From a virus, in the IMG/VR virus record IMGVR_UViG_3300027782_000036: 64,000 nucleotides of DNA. One strand, written 5' to 3'. Below the pieces are notes generated by a model. It had not been told where the DNA came from. It worked only from the letters and a program-made list of their open reading frames with translations, and did no database searches. Within the stretch, counting starts at the first letter, position 1. Each line of letters begins with the position of its first letter. Below, piece by piece: positions 10,201 to 18,797 of the stretch. The position numbers and the translations under genes were made by a program.

Positions 10201-11383
10201 AAACTATGATGGTTCTGTATCAGGCACACTAGTAGACTTTGATGACATGTTTGTTCGAAAAGAATTATTCTTAGATGCTGGACTGTATGCGTGGGGATAT
10301 AATGCTAATGGTATGTTAGGTAATCAAAACACTACATATTACTCATCACCAGTTCAAGTAGGTACATTGACCAATTGGAAACAAGTAGGTGTTAGCCAAA
10401 GGCATACTGCAGCAGTTAAGACTGATGGATCATTATGGACATGGGGTGAAAATACACGTGGTGCATTAGGTGATGGTACTACCGTAGCTAAATCATCACC
10501 AGTTCAAGTAGGATCATCATACGATTGGTTACAAGTAACAGGTGGAGTTGATCAGGATGGTGGATTTGTTGGTTACACTTTAGCCACTAAGACAGATGGT
10601 ACTTTATGGAGTTGGGGTCATAATGCATATGGAGAGTTGGGTCTAAACAACAGAACATATTATTCATCACCAGTTCAAGTCGGTTCTTTAACTAATTGGA
10701 AGCAAGTTGTTGCGCCAAGTAATGGAGAACACGTTGCTGGAATTAAAACAGACGGTACATTATGGATGTGGGGCAGGAATGGCAGTGGCCAACTAGGTAA
10801 CGGTAATACGACAAATTATTCGTCACCAATTCAAATTGGAGCTTTAACTAATTGGAAACAAGTTGCTTGTGGTCAAGCTTTTTCTGCTGCTATCAAAACC
10901 GACGGAACATTATGGATGTGGGGTCAAAATGATCAAGGTCAACTAGGCAATGGTAATAGAACAAACTATCCATCACCAGTTCAAGTAGGTTCTTTAACTA
11001 ATTGGAAGCAAGTTGCTTGTGGGCTTCTATCAACAGCTGCTATTAAAACAGATGGTACATTATGGACATGGGGAAGTAATTCACGTGGTGCATTAGGTAA
11101 CGGTACTACCACATCTTATTCATCACCTATTCAAATTGGAGCTTTAACTAATTGGAAACAAGTTTCTGGCGGAGTTTATTTTTTTTCTATGGTTAAAACA
11201 GATGGAACTTTATGGGCTGTAGGTAGCAACACAGGAGATGGTGGTGTTAATACTGGAGTATTAGGTCAAAATAATCTCACAAACTATTCGTCACCCATTC
11301 AAGTTGGAGCATTAACTAATTGGAAACAAACAGAAACTGGAAGTTTTTCTTGTTTTGCTATATCTTCACCAGACTTGCCATAG
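7259..11383 (+). CDS. Large protein: two Gly-rich modules, beta-rich region, IPT/TIG-like domain, RCC1-like propeller; paralog 3
   Basis: SVSPSSGAIGTVVTISGSSF...FTY is IPT/TIG-like; C-terminal RCC1 repeats. Confidence 0.75.
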   Translation: MATINRTVAFTSGTSSWQVPTDFVSLVSIEAIGAGGGSSTVNTGNGGAGGGAYAKTISVTGFTVGATLNYQVGVGGSGAIAATDTWANIASAAAPTLTTQGVLAKAGGNSTGASITPGAGGLASASVGTTKFDGGTGGAGFSTANNSAAGGGGGAAGPSGAGATGGAGSAAGNSATGGGGGGANGGTAGTAGGSGGAGGSPGGGAGNAGNSSAGTTSTIYTIDGVAYGPGGGGGGAGTNVIGIKGTGGAGGSYGGGAGGGSANVSGGGGLILITYVSTVDRYWVGGAGTWSSTSRTNWSVSSGGASGALAPTSDDVVYFNGSSGSGTVTLTGALYCKGLVTTGSSFTFSSTGTIGIYGNLTLSATTVWSATGAVTIAGTGTISTNSISMASPLTIDGVGITATLGSNFVTTGALTLTNGTLNGSTFNVSASTFASSNSNTRTLTMGSGTWTLSGTGTVWNTGTTTGLTFSSGTTNIILSDTSTTARTFTPGSGQTFNELTIGGTTGISTTTISAGCTITTLSSTKTVAHTIVITAGTTLTCPNFNIDGTSGNIFTLKSSSASIATLSSANSFTTNYTYVTNITLSSANGTVSYGQLISSTGWLNNNTSSVLIVLSSGTSYSIPSNWNNSNNTIHLFGGGGGGGGGATSGTGAGGGGGGGGYTKITNFVSSPSTSITYAIGAAGSAGSGTGSGTAGGTGGTTSWNSGASTAGGGGGGARGGTGTGGTAGVGTTFNGGAGGSGRSGGGSNYGGGGGGAGGPLGAGGSGGNGVASPGSGGGNGGGTAGGTGATGGNNAQGSGGGALSSGSGSNGGGGGPANAGSGGGGTGGDGIDILDYIGGGGGGGGGGGAAGGDGGSYGGGGGGGPNSILGGAAGGAGKSGIIIINYFAFGAADAFSVSPSSGAIGTVVTISGSSFNSTSSVTFGGVSASFIIVDDFTIIATAPTHSLGSKTVAVTNSAGSGTTSSFTYRTPGNSGYKFPILNYDGSVSGTLVDFDDMFVRKELFLDAGLYAWGYNANGMLGNQNTTYYSSPVQVGTLTNWKQVGVSQRHTAAVKTDGSLWTWGENTRGALGDGTTVAKSSPVQVGSSYDWLQVTGGVDQDGGFVGYTLATKTDGTLWSWGHNAYGELGLNNRTYYSSPVQVGSLTNWKQVVAPSNGEHVAGIKTDGTLWMWGRNGSGQLGNGNTTNYSSPIQIGALTNWKQVACGQAFSAAIKTDGTLWMWGQNDQGQLGNGNRTNYPSPVQVGSLTNWKQVACGLLSTAAIKTDGTLWTWGSNSRGALGNGTTTSYSSPIQIGALTNWKQVSGGVYFFSMVKTDGTLWAVGSNTGDGGVNTGVLGQNNLTNYSSPIQVGALTNWKQTETGSFSCFAISSPDLP

Positions 11384-11403
11384 ATCAGTTTTTCTGTTAT
11401 ACT
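11375..11403 (+). promoter_or_regulatory. Sigma70-type promoter for the glycosylation cluster
   Basis: TTGCCA-17 nt-TATACT with TGn extended -10. Confidence 0.6.
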
Positions 11404-11436
11404 ATATAATGGTCTAAATTAATTAGGAGTATTGAA

Positions 11437-12831
11437 TTGAGTCGCATTTTAGAATATGAATTTGGCAAAAATGAACCTATTGCTCAGGTTGTTGAATTCT
11501 TAGAAAAAACAAATAACGAAAAACTGGCATCACAACTTCTTGATGTGTATGTTAAGTATTCAAATCAGCTAGAACAATTCAATCTTCTCACCAAACTTTA
11601 TCATGACATTCGTGATAATGCCAAAGCAGAAAAACTTGGCTTAAAAGTTTTAGAGATGGCACCTAGCGAAGAAGCAAAATACAATGTTCGTGCTAATCTT
11701 GCCAAGATGTTTAATCTAATGAACTCACCAGAGAAAGCATTAGAACATATCTCAATCAATCGTCAATTAACACCAAACGATCCTGATACATTATTAGAAA
11801 CTGTATTCTCACTTTATCTTCTTAATCGTAAAGCTGAAGCAGAAGTCATTCTTCGTGACCTCAAAAAGAATCAACATCTATTACCTACACAAAAACTTAA
11901 AGACTTGGTAGACTTCAATCTTGGTACCTATAATATGGAACAAGGTAAGTTTCTAGAAGGTCTTGCTGGGTTTCTATTGAACACCAAGAAGTTAGAGTTA
12001 TGGTTCTCGACTAGAGAGTTACCATACAAATATTGGAACGGTGAAATTATTCCAGGTAAAACGATCATCATGTTTATGGAAGGTGGTGGTATCGGTGATG
12101 AGATGATTGCTGTTCGATTTATGGATCACATCAAAGCCAAAGGCATGAGACCAGTATTCTATACAGGCCGAAAAGATATGTATAACATATTCAACCGTTG
12201 TGGTTATGAAACAGTATTAAATACTGATGCTATGCCACAAGATTCTATGTGGATATATGCGATGCACGTGCCATTAGCATTACAACTCAATGAACAAGAT
12301 GTTAAACGAACTGATCCATATCTTTTCCCATCACAACAAGCCATCGATAAGTTTGCTGATATGAAACAATCTAAGAAGTTTAAGATTGGTGTTCGTTGGC
12401 AAGGTAATGCAAAGAACGAAAGAGATTTACATAGACAAGTTAAACTTGATGATGTGATGACTATGTTGAAAGATGTTTATGGTGATACAGTAGAATATTA
12501 TTCATTACAGATAGAAGACACTGATGGAATGGAACGTTATCCAGAACTCATAGATATATCAGATAGAATCAAATCTTATGATGATACATTTGGATTATTA
12601 CAGAATTTAGATTTGGTGGTAACATCATGCACCTCTGTGTTACATGCAGCTGCTCTAACAGGAACAGAAACACTTGGACTTATTCCAATCTCTGCTTACT
12701 TCACTTGGTTGACTCCATGTCCAAATAGAACAACAACTTGGTATGGTGATAATCTAAAACTATTCAGACAAGTGACGCCTAAAAAATGGGACGAACCAAT
12801 TTCAAAGATGAAAGAATACTTATTAAAATGA
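11437..12831 (+). CDS. TPR plus GT9/heptosyltransferase-like glycosyltransferase
   Basis: Helical N-terminus; EGGGIGDEM, KIGVRWQGN and LDLVVTSCTSVLHAAA motifs; TTG start after AGGAG. Confidence 0.7.
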   Translation: MSRILEYEFGKNEPIAQVVEFLEKTNNEKLASQLLDVYVKYSNQLEQFNLLTKLYHDIRDNAKAEKLGLKVLEMAPSEEAKYNVRANLAKMFNLMNSPEKALEHISINRQLTPNDPDTLLETVFSLYLLNRKAEAEVILRDLKKNQHLLPTQKLKDLVDFNLGTYNMEQGKFLEGLAGFLLNTKKLELWFSTRELPYKYWNGEIIPGKTIIMFMEGGGIGDEMIAVRFMDHIKAKGMRPVFYTGRKDMYNIFNRCGYETVLNTDAMPQDSMWIYAMHVPLALQLNEQDVKRTDPYLFPSQQAIDKFADMKQSKKFKIGVRWQGNAKNERDLHRQVKLDDVMTMLKDVYGDTVEYYSLQIEDTDGMERYPELIDISDRIKSYDDTFGLLQNLDLVVTSCTSVLHAAALTGTETLGLIPISAYFTWLTPCPNRTTTWYGDNLKLFRQVTPKKWDEPISKMKEYLLK

Positions 12832-13619
12832 AACTTGATGTAATTCTTAGAACATGTAAAAAATCTACTCTTGAAAATAATTTAAAAGATAAATCTCCAC
12901 AATATCATAGAATTTGTGGTGATGATAGAGAAAAGATGATATTTAGATGTATCAAATCTTTAATTAAATCAATTTCTAAGTCAGAACATGATATTAAATT
13001 AACCGTTTTAGATGATAATTCTGATGTTAATTTTCTAATAAAATTAGATAAACTATTGTCATCATGTAGTAAAAGTGTAGATTTAATTCAATTAGATGAA
13101 TCTGGATTTAATAATTCAGCGTATCAGCAATTTAAATTGGCATCTGAATGTAAAGATTTGGTTTATACCGTTGAAGATGATTATCTACATGAAGAAGATG
13201 CTATTGATAACATGATTGTAGCTTATAATTATTTTTTTAGTGTATTTAAATTAGGTACAGTTATATTTCCTTTTGATTGTCCTTTTAGATATGAATCCGG
13301 TAAAGAAGAACATACATTATTATTACATGATGGTACAAGATATTGGAGACAAGTTAAACATACTTCATATACAATATTAACACATAGTTCTATTTTTAAA
13401 AAACATTTAGATGTATTTTCTAAACTAGCTTTAGAGTATCCTAAAGTGAATGAAGAACACACAATAAATAAATTGTATAAATCTGTAATATCAAATGAAG
13501 GTGAGTTATGTGTTTTTAATCCTATTCCATCTGTAGCATATCATCTTTCTTATCAAGAACCTGTATCAATAAAAACAACACATTTAAATTGGAAAAATCT
13601 TTGGGATAATTATGAATAA
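12828..13619 (+). CDS. GT-A fold glycosyltransferase
   Basis: VLDDNS and VEDDYLH motifs; start moved to ATG 12828 (ATGA overlap with upstream stop). Confidence 0.6.
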   Translation: MKLDVILRTCKKSTLENNLKDKSPQYHRICGDDREKMIFRCIKSLIKSISKSEHDIKLTVLDDNSDVNFLIKLDKLLSSCSKSVDLIQLDESGFNNSAYQQFKLASECKDLVYTVEDDYLHEEDAIDNMIVAYNYFFSVFKLGTVIFPFDCPFRYESGKEEHTLLLHDGTRYWRQVKHTSYTILTHSSIFKKHLDVFSKLALEYPKVNEEHTINKLYKSVISNEGELCVFNPIPSVAYHLSYQEPVSIKTTHLNWKNLWDNYE

Positions 13620-14163
13620 AATTAAAAGAAAACTTAGAGAGTTGGTAGAATTGCCATCAGATATTAATCAACACTTATATAATCTTATGGGTTATGCAGA
13701 AGGTTGTGACCATATTACAGAGATGGGTGTTCGTGGTGTTGTTTCTACTTGGGCTTTTCTGGCTGCTAATCCTAAAAAGTTTGTAGGTATTGATATTCTA
13801 GATTGTCCTGTTGATGAATCTAAACAGTTTGCTGAAGAGGCTGGTATTGAATATCAGTTTATCAAAGCAGACACAATTGATCCTAATTTTGAAATAGAAG
13901 AAACAGACTTTCTATTCATCGACACTTTACATTCATACACTCAACTCAAACAAGAATTGGCAAAACATGCCAGTAAAGTAAAACAATATATTGGCTTTCA
14001 TGACACAACAACATTTGGTTTTCAAAATGAACCTGGTGTAACGACTACACCATATTCCGGTTTACGACCAGCAATCATGGAGTTTTTAGAAACACATCCG
14101 GAATGGGTATTTCAAAATACTTGGGACCACAATAACGGTGTTACAATACTGAAACGTAAATGA
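13612..14163 (+). CDS. Class I SAM-dependent methyltransferase (Methyltransf_24-like)
   Basis: ITEMGVRGVVST, FLFIDTLHSY and IGFHDT motifs. Confidence 0.7.
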   Translation: MNKIKRKLRELVELPSDINQHLYNLMGYAEGCDHITEMGVRGVVSTWAFLAANPKKFVGIDILDCPVDESKQFAEEAGIEYQFIKADTIDPNFEIEETDFLFIDTLHSYTQLKQELAKHASKVKQYIGFHDTTTFGFQNEPGVTTTPYSGLRPAIMEFLETHPEWVFQNTWDHNNGVTILKRK

Positions 14164-14891
14164 ATCTATTCTTAGTCACGTCTGCCATATCAACAAACTA
14201 TAGTCTTACATCTAAAGAAGATAGATTAAAAGAAACTATCGATACTGCTTTAAGTATTAAACAGTATGCACCTGATTCTAAAATCATTCTTGTAGAAGGT
14301 GGTAAACCTTTACCTCAAGAGATGAAAGACCAATTAAGTATCTTTGATGAAATATTTGATTTCTCTGACCACGCAGTTCCAAAGATGACACAGAGTGATG
14401 CTCAGCTAGCCGTAGATAACGTTGGTCATTCTATTAAGAGTGCTGGTGAAGCCTATTTACTTAAAGAAGCACTCGCTTTACTTGAAGATAAGTATGATCG
14501 TATATTCAAATTAAGTGGTCGTTATAGACTAACAGAACGATTTAATATTAATGACCATATGCACAAAGATAAGTTTGTGTTTCTACCAAAAGCACCTACA
14601 CAAAAAACAAAAATGGTAGATGCCAATGGTCAAGAAGTCGTAACAAAAACATCGAGTGACTTTTCTCCATGGAGATATGAAACAACATTTTATTCTTTTG
14701 ACAATGTACCAAAAGCGAAGATGACATTTGATTACATATTCAATTCATTGGTAGAAGTGTATTCGGAAAGTAATTACATAGACATAGAAACGGCAACGTA
14801 TTTGACAATCAATAAAGAAGACGTGATTGAGGTGCCGGTGATTGGCTTAACAGGAACTTTAGGTATGGATAATAGGAGTATTGATAAATGA
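14160..14891 (+). CDS. Hypothetical protein, possible glycosyltransferase; paralog of 14888..15619
   Basis: FLVTSAI, LVEGG, IFKLSGRY and YIDIE are shared with the next gene. Confidence 0.5.
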   Translation: MNLFLVTSAISTNYSLTSKEDRLKETIDTALSIKQYAPDSKIILVEGGKPLPQEMKDQLSIFDEIFDFSDHAVPKMTQSDAQLAVDNVGHSIKSAGEAYLLKEALALLEDKYDRIFKLSGRYRLTERFNINDHMHKDKFVFLPKAPTQKTKMVDANGQEVVTKTSSDFSPWRYETTFYSFDNVPKAKMTFDYIFNSLVEVYSESNYIDIETATYLTINKEDVIEVPVIGLTGTLGMDNRSIDK

Positions 14892-15619
14892 GTAATATCT
14901 TTTTAGTGACATCAGCCATTCATGGACCTGGTGGTATGAGTGGACAATTGTCTAGTGATCAACGTATTATGCAAACAGTGAATACGGCTATCAGTATTCG
15001 TAAACATATACCAGACGCTAAAATCTATTTACTTGAAGGTGGTATTATGCCACTTAACATACAGATTAGGCAGATGTTTCTGATGCACTATGATGATATA
15101 TTAGATTACTCTATGTCTGAATTTATTCAATTTGCTCATCGCCAAAGAGATGTTAATAGACAAGAGATTACTGTCATTAAAGGTCCTTGTGAGTCTTATA
15201 TGTTAAGAGAAACTTGTAAGATTTTAACCACAACATTACAAGATAGAATCTTTAAGATTTCTGGTCGATATGAATTGTCTGATGAGTTCAATCTACAAGC
15301 ACATAATGTTCCGGGTAAGTATGTCTTTAAAACCAAAGATGAATGTCTACCATGGTATAAAGATGAAACTAAACCAAACTATTCACCATATCAATATAAG
15401 ACAAGGTTATATTCATTTTGTGGTTCATTAAAAGATATGGCTATCGTTAATTATGATAAGACAATGAATGGTATTTTAGACCTATATGCTAAGAATGATT
15501 ATATTGATATTGAACATATGACTTATCTGACTATAAATCCATCACTTATTCAAGAGATTTCACCTGTTGGATTGACTGGTTCTTTTGCAGAAGTGCCAGA
15601 TTCTATAATCAAAGAATAA
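14888..15619 (+). CDS. Hypothetical protein, possible glycosyltransferase; paralog of 14160..14891
   Basis: FLVTSAI, LLEGG, IFKISGRY, YIDIE. Confidence 0.5.
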   Translation: MSNIFLVTSAIHGPGGMSGQLSSDQRIMQTVNTAISIRKHIPDAKIYLLEGGIMPLNIQIRQMFLMHYDDILDYSMSEFIQFAHRQRDVNRQEITVIKGPCESYMLRETCKILTTTLQDRIFKISGRYELSDEFNLQAHNVPGKYVFKTKDECLPWYKDETKPNYSPYQYKTRLYSFCGSLKDMAIVNYDKTMNGILDLYAKNDYIDIEHMTYLTINPSLIQEISPVGLTGSFAEVPDSIIKE

Positions 15620-15626
15620 AAACTAG

Positions 15627-15634
15627 CATAAATA
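15627..15634 (+). promoter_or_regulatory. T4-type late promoter (CATAAATA)
   Basis: Variant of TATAAATA directly upstream of gp13. Confidence 0.7.
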
Positions 15635-15664
15635 GATCATAATAACCGACTTAAATGGATAATT

Positions 15665-16444
15665 ATGGCTACCGTAAACAACAGACAAACATTTAAAGAT
15701 TACTGCCTACGTAGATTAGGTTTCCCTGTAATCGAAATCAATGTGGACAATGATCAAGTTGAAGATCGTATAGACGATGCTCTTCAATATTGGACTGATT
15801 ATCACTATGATAGTCTTCAAAAATTCTATTACGCTAAACGATTAGATGCTACTGATATGACTAATCGTTATATCAATTTAGATCCTAGTGTTGTGGTCGA
15901 TAAAAGTAACAATTCACTTCAAGTTGTTGGTGTCACCAGAGTTTTTCCAATTCAAGATTCTCAATCAACAGTTAATATGTTTGACTTGAGATACCAATTA
16001 CGTCTTAATGAATTATATGATTTTACTTCAGCATCATATATCAACTATACAATGACACAACAACATTTACGTTCACTAGAATTATTATTTACTGGTGAAA
16101 TTCCTATTAGATATCAACGTCACATGAATAGACTTTATATTGATTGGAATTGGGGAACTGCAGGAGTTAGTGAAGGTTCAGTTATGGTTATGGAATGTTA
16201 TGCAGCTCTTAATCCGGATGTTTATTCGGCTATGTGGAATGACCGTTGGTTAAAAGAATACGCTACAGCACTTATTAAACGTGCTTGGGGAAATAATCTG
16301 AAAAAGTTTAGTGGTATGCAATTACCAGGTGGCGTATTAATGAATGGTGATAAAATCTATGAAGAAGCAGAAACAGAAATTAAAACATTAGAAAAAGAAA
16401 TGTTAGATAATTTTGGCGGCGTGCTAGAATTCTACCTCAACTAA
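15665..16444 (+). CDS. gp13: Neck protein gp13
   Basis: YCLRRLGFPVIEINV and QLPGGVLMNG motifs; T4-like gene order. Confidence 0.92.
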   Translation: MATVNNRQTFKDYCLRRLGFPVIEINVDNDQVEDRIDDALQYWTDYHYDSLQKFYYAKRLDATDMTNRYINLDPSVVVDKSNNSLQVVGVTRVFPIQDSQSTVNMFDLRYQLRLNELYDFTSASYINYTMTQQHLRSLELLFTGEIPIRYQRHMNRLYIDWNWGTAGVSEGSVMVMECYAALNPDVYSAMWNDRWLKEYATALIKRAWGNNLKKFSGMQLPGGVLMNGDKIYEEAETEIKTLEKEMLDNFGGVLEFYLN

Positions 16445-16456
16445 AGGGTAAGTTAA

Positions 16457-17341
16457 GTGCCAACCAGCGTATATTTTAATAACTACAACTCAAAGGCTGA
16501 ACAACGCCTTTATGAAGATGTGCTTGTCGAATCTATTAAAATTATGGGATTTGATGCTTACTATCTACCTAATGATAATGATCAAGCTCGTGATCTTCTT
16601 TTTGGTGAAGATCCTGTTAAGAAATTTGAATCATCATTTCCTTGTGAAATGTATCTATCTTCCGCACTTGAATATGCAGGTGATAAAGAATTCTTTTCAA
16701 AATTTGGTCTTGAAATTCGTAACAATGTTTCAGTTATTGTCTCTAAACGTTCATTCAATTTAAGAGTTCCACAAAATAGATTTACTAGACCACGTGAAGG
16801 TGATCTTATTTGGATACCATTTTTATATGGAACCGGTGAACTTTATGAAATTAAATTTGTAGATTCTACTAAAGATTTCTTTGCATTAGGTCGTGCTAAT
16901 CCATATTTCTATGAAATGCAACTTGAGAAATTTAAATATTCAAATGAAATTATTGATACTGGTATTTACAATATTGATCAAGTTTCTATAGAAGATTCAT
17001 ACACAATTAATCTATTAGTAGATGATGTAGAGGCTAATGCAATTAATTGGTTACTAAGAGAACTTGTATATCAAGGAACTAGTTATGAAACTGCTACTGT
17101 TGTTGGAACTGTTTCTAATTGGGATGCAGCTAATAATATATTACACGTAACAAATATTGCTGGTGAATTTAGAGCTAATGCTAATGTTATTGGTCAAACA
17201 TCAAATACAAGTATTAAACTATTATCATTTGATCCATTAGATGTCACATTAGCACGTGAAACTTACGATAATAAACTTATTAGAACCGAAGCAGATCAAA
17301 TTATTGACTTCTCAGAACAAAATCCATTTGGACCAATATAA
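16457..17341 (+). CDS. gp14: Neck protein gp14
   Basis: FFSKFGLEIR, RPREGDLIW, FSEQNPFG. Confidence 0.92.
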   Translation: MPTSVYFNNYNSKAEQRLYEDVLVESIKIMGFDAYYLPNDNDQARDLLFGEDPVKKFESSFPCEMYLSSALEYAGDKEFFSKFGLEIRNNVSVIVSKRSFNLRVPQNRFTRPREGDLIWIPFLYGTGELYEIKFVDSTKDFFALGRANPYFYEMQLEKFKYSNEIIDTGIYNIDQVSIEDSYTINLLVDDVEANAINWLLRELVYQGTSYETATVVGTVSNWDAANNILHVTNIAGEFRANANVIGQTSNTSIKLLSFDPLDVTLARETYDNKLIRTEADQIIDFSEQNPFGPI

Positions 17342-18339
17342 TGTCAACACCAACATATAATAGAGTTATAAGAAAAATGGTTGTAGCTTTTGGTAATGTT
17401 TTCAATAACATTACTTTAGTAAGATACAATCCAGATACTTCTGAAGCTGAGCGAATGAAAGTGCCTATTGCTTATGCAGGCAAAGAACGTTATGTGATGC
17501 GTTTACAAGATGATCCATATTTGGATAAAAAAGTTCAAACAACTTTACCTCGAATGTCGTTTGAAATGACTGGTATTCAATATGATTCATCAAGAAAACA
17601 ATTAACTAATATTAAAAACTTTGCCAAAGCATCTAATGCTGATACAGTATTATCTCAATACAATCCTGTTCCATATGACTTTGATTTTTCATTATTCATA
17701 TATGTAAGAAACGTTGAAGATGGTACTCAAATTATTGAACACATTTTACCATTTTTTACACCAGATTATACACTTAAAGTTAATTTAATTCCAGAAATGG
17801 GAGTTATAAAAAACATTCCTGTTTTATTAAAAAACACAGAATATGAAGTTAAATATGAAGGTGATCGTGAACAAGAAACTCGAACAGTTATTTGGACTTT
17901 AAATTTTACTGTTAAAGGTTTCATTTATGGTGCTATATCTGAACCTAAAATTATTAAAGCATCTTTCACAAATATTTTTGATGATTCATTATTAGGTCAA
18001 TCTCAAATTGAACTTAACATGGCAACAGGTGGTCTTGGTTCATATCAAGAAGGAGAGTTTGTTTATCAAGGATATTCTTTTGATACTGCAACTGCATCTG
18101 CAAGAGTTGTTACATGGAATAATGATACATTTAAATTAGTAATTGATAACTTAAATGGCAATTTTGTATCTTCAAAACCTTTATATGCAGCAAAAACAGG
18201 TGCAACTTATACAATACAATCAGCAATGTTACGTCCTGAACAATTAGTTAAAATTGTAGTAACTCCAAATCCACCCACTGCTAATGCTAGTGATAATTAT
18301 ACATATACGACAGTTATAACTGAATTCCCGGATATTTAA
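17341..18339 (+). CDS. gp15: Tail sheath stabiliser/terminator gp15
   Basis: KVPIAY, LPRMSFE, QIIEHILPFFTP. Confidence 0.92.
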   Translation: MSTPTYNRVIRKMVVAFGNVFNNITLVRYNPDTSEAERMKVPIAYAGKERYVMRLQDDPYLDKKVQTTLPRMSFEMTGIQYDSSRKQLTNIKNFAKASNADTVLSQYNPVPYDFDFSLFIYVRNVEDGTQIIEHILPFFTPDYTLKVNLIPEMGVIKNIPVLLKNTEYEVKYEGDREQETRTVIWTLNFTVKGFIYGAISEPKIIKASFTNIFDDSLLGQSQIELNMATGGLGSYQEGEFVYQGYSFDTATASARVVTWNNDTFKLVIDNLNGNFVSSKPLYAAKTGATYTIQSAMLRPEQLVKIVVTPNPPTANASDNYTYTTVITEFPDI

Positions 18340-18344
18340 AAATC

Positions 18345-18797
18345 ATGTCTAAATTTGATGAAAATATGAGTGAAATATTTGATACTGATCCTATCAATAA
18401 ACAGATAGAACAATTACCAATAGTTCAAGAAGAACCTCAACTACTTGATGCTAAAGGTGTTGATAAGATTCTACAAGATGATCTAATGAAAGATTATGAA
18501 GCTTCTCGTAGAGCACTTCGAGATATTGTAAGCAAAGGTAATAATGCTATTGATGATATACTAGAGATTGCTAGAGAATCAGAACATCCAAGAGCTTTTG
18601 AAGTAGCAGCTACCATGATTAAAAACGTGGCAGAAGTCAATGAGAAATTAATCAATCTACAAAAACAAATGAAAGACATTACTGGTGCTAAAAATCAAGC
18701 ACAATTGAATGTGGGTAAGGCTGCAATATTTGTAGGTTCAACTGCTGAACTTTCTAAAATGATTAAGAATGAAATTAAAACTATAGATAATGAGTGA
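18345..18797 (+). CDS. gp16: Terminase small subunit gp16
   Basis: SEHPRAFEVA, IFVGSTAEL. Confidence 0.92.
   Translation: MSKFDENMSEIFDTDPINKQIEQLPIVQEEPQLLDAKGVDKILQDDLMKDYEASRRALRDIVSKGNNAIDDILEIARESEHPRAFEVAATMIKNVAEVNEKLINLQKQMKDITGAKNQAQLNVGKAAIFVGSTAELSKMIKNEIKTIDNE

Noticed and set aside
2301-11383. Diversity-generating retroelement or CRISPR array suggested by the repeats
   Set aside because: Repeats are in-frame protein repeats; no reverse transcriptase, adenine-specific template/variable pair, cas gene or repeat-spacer pattern seen
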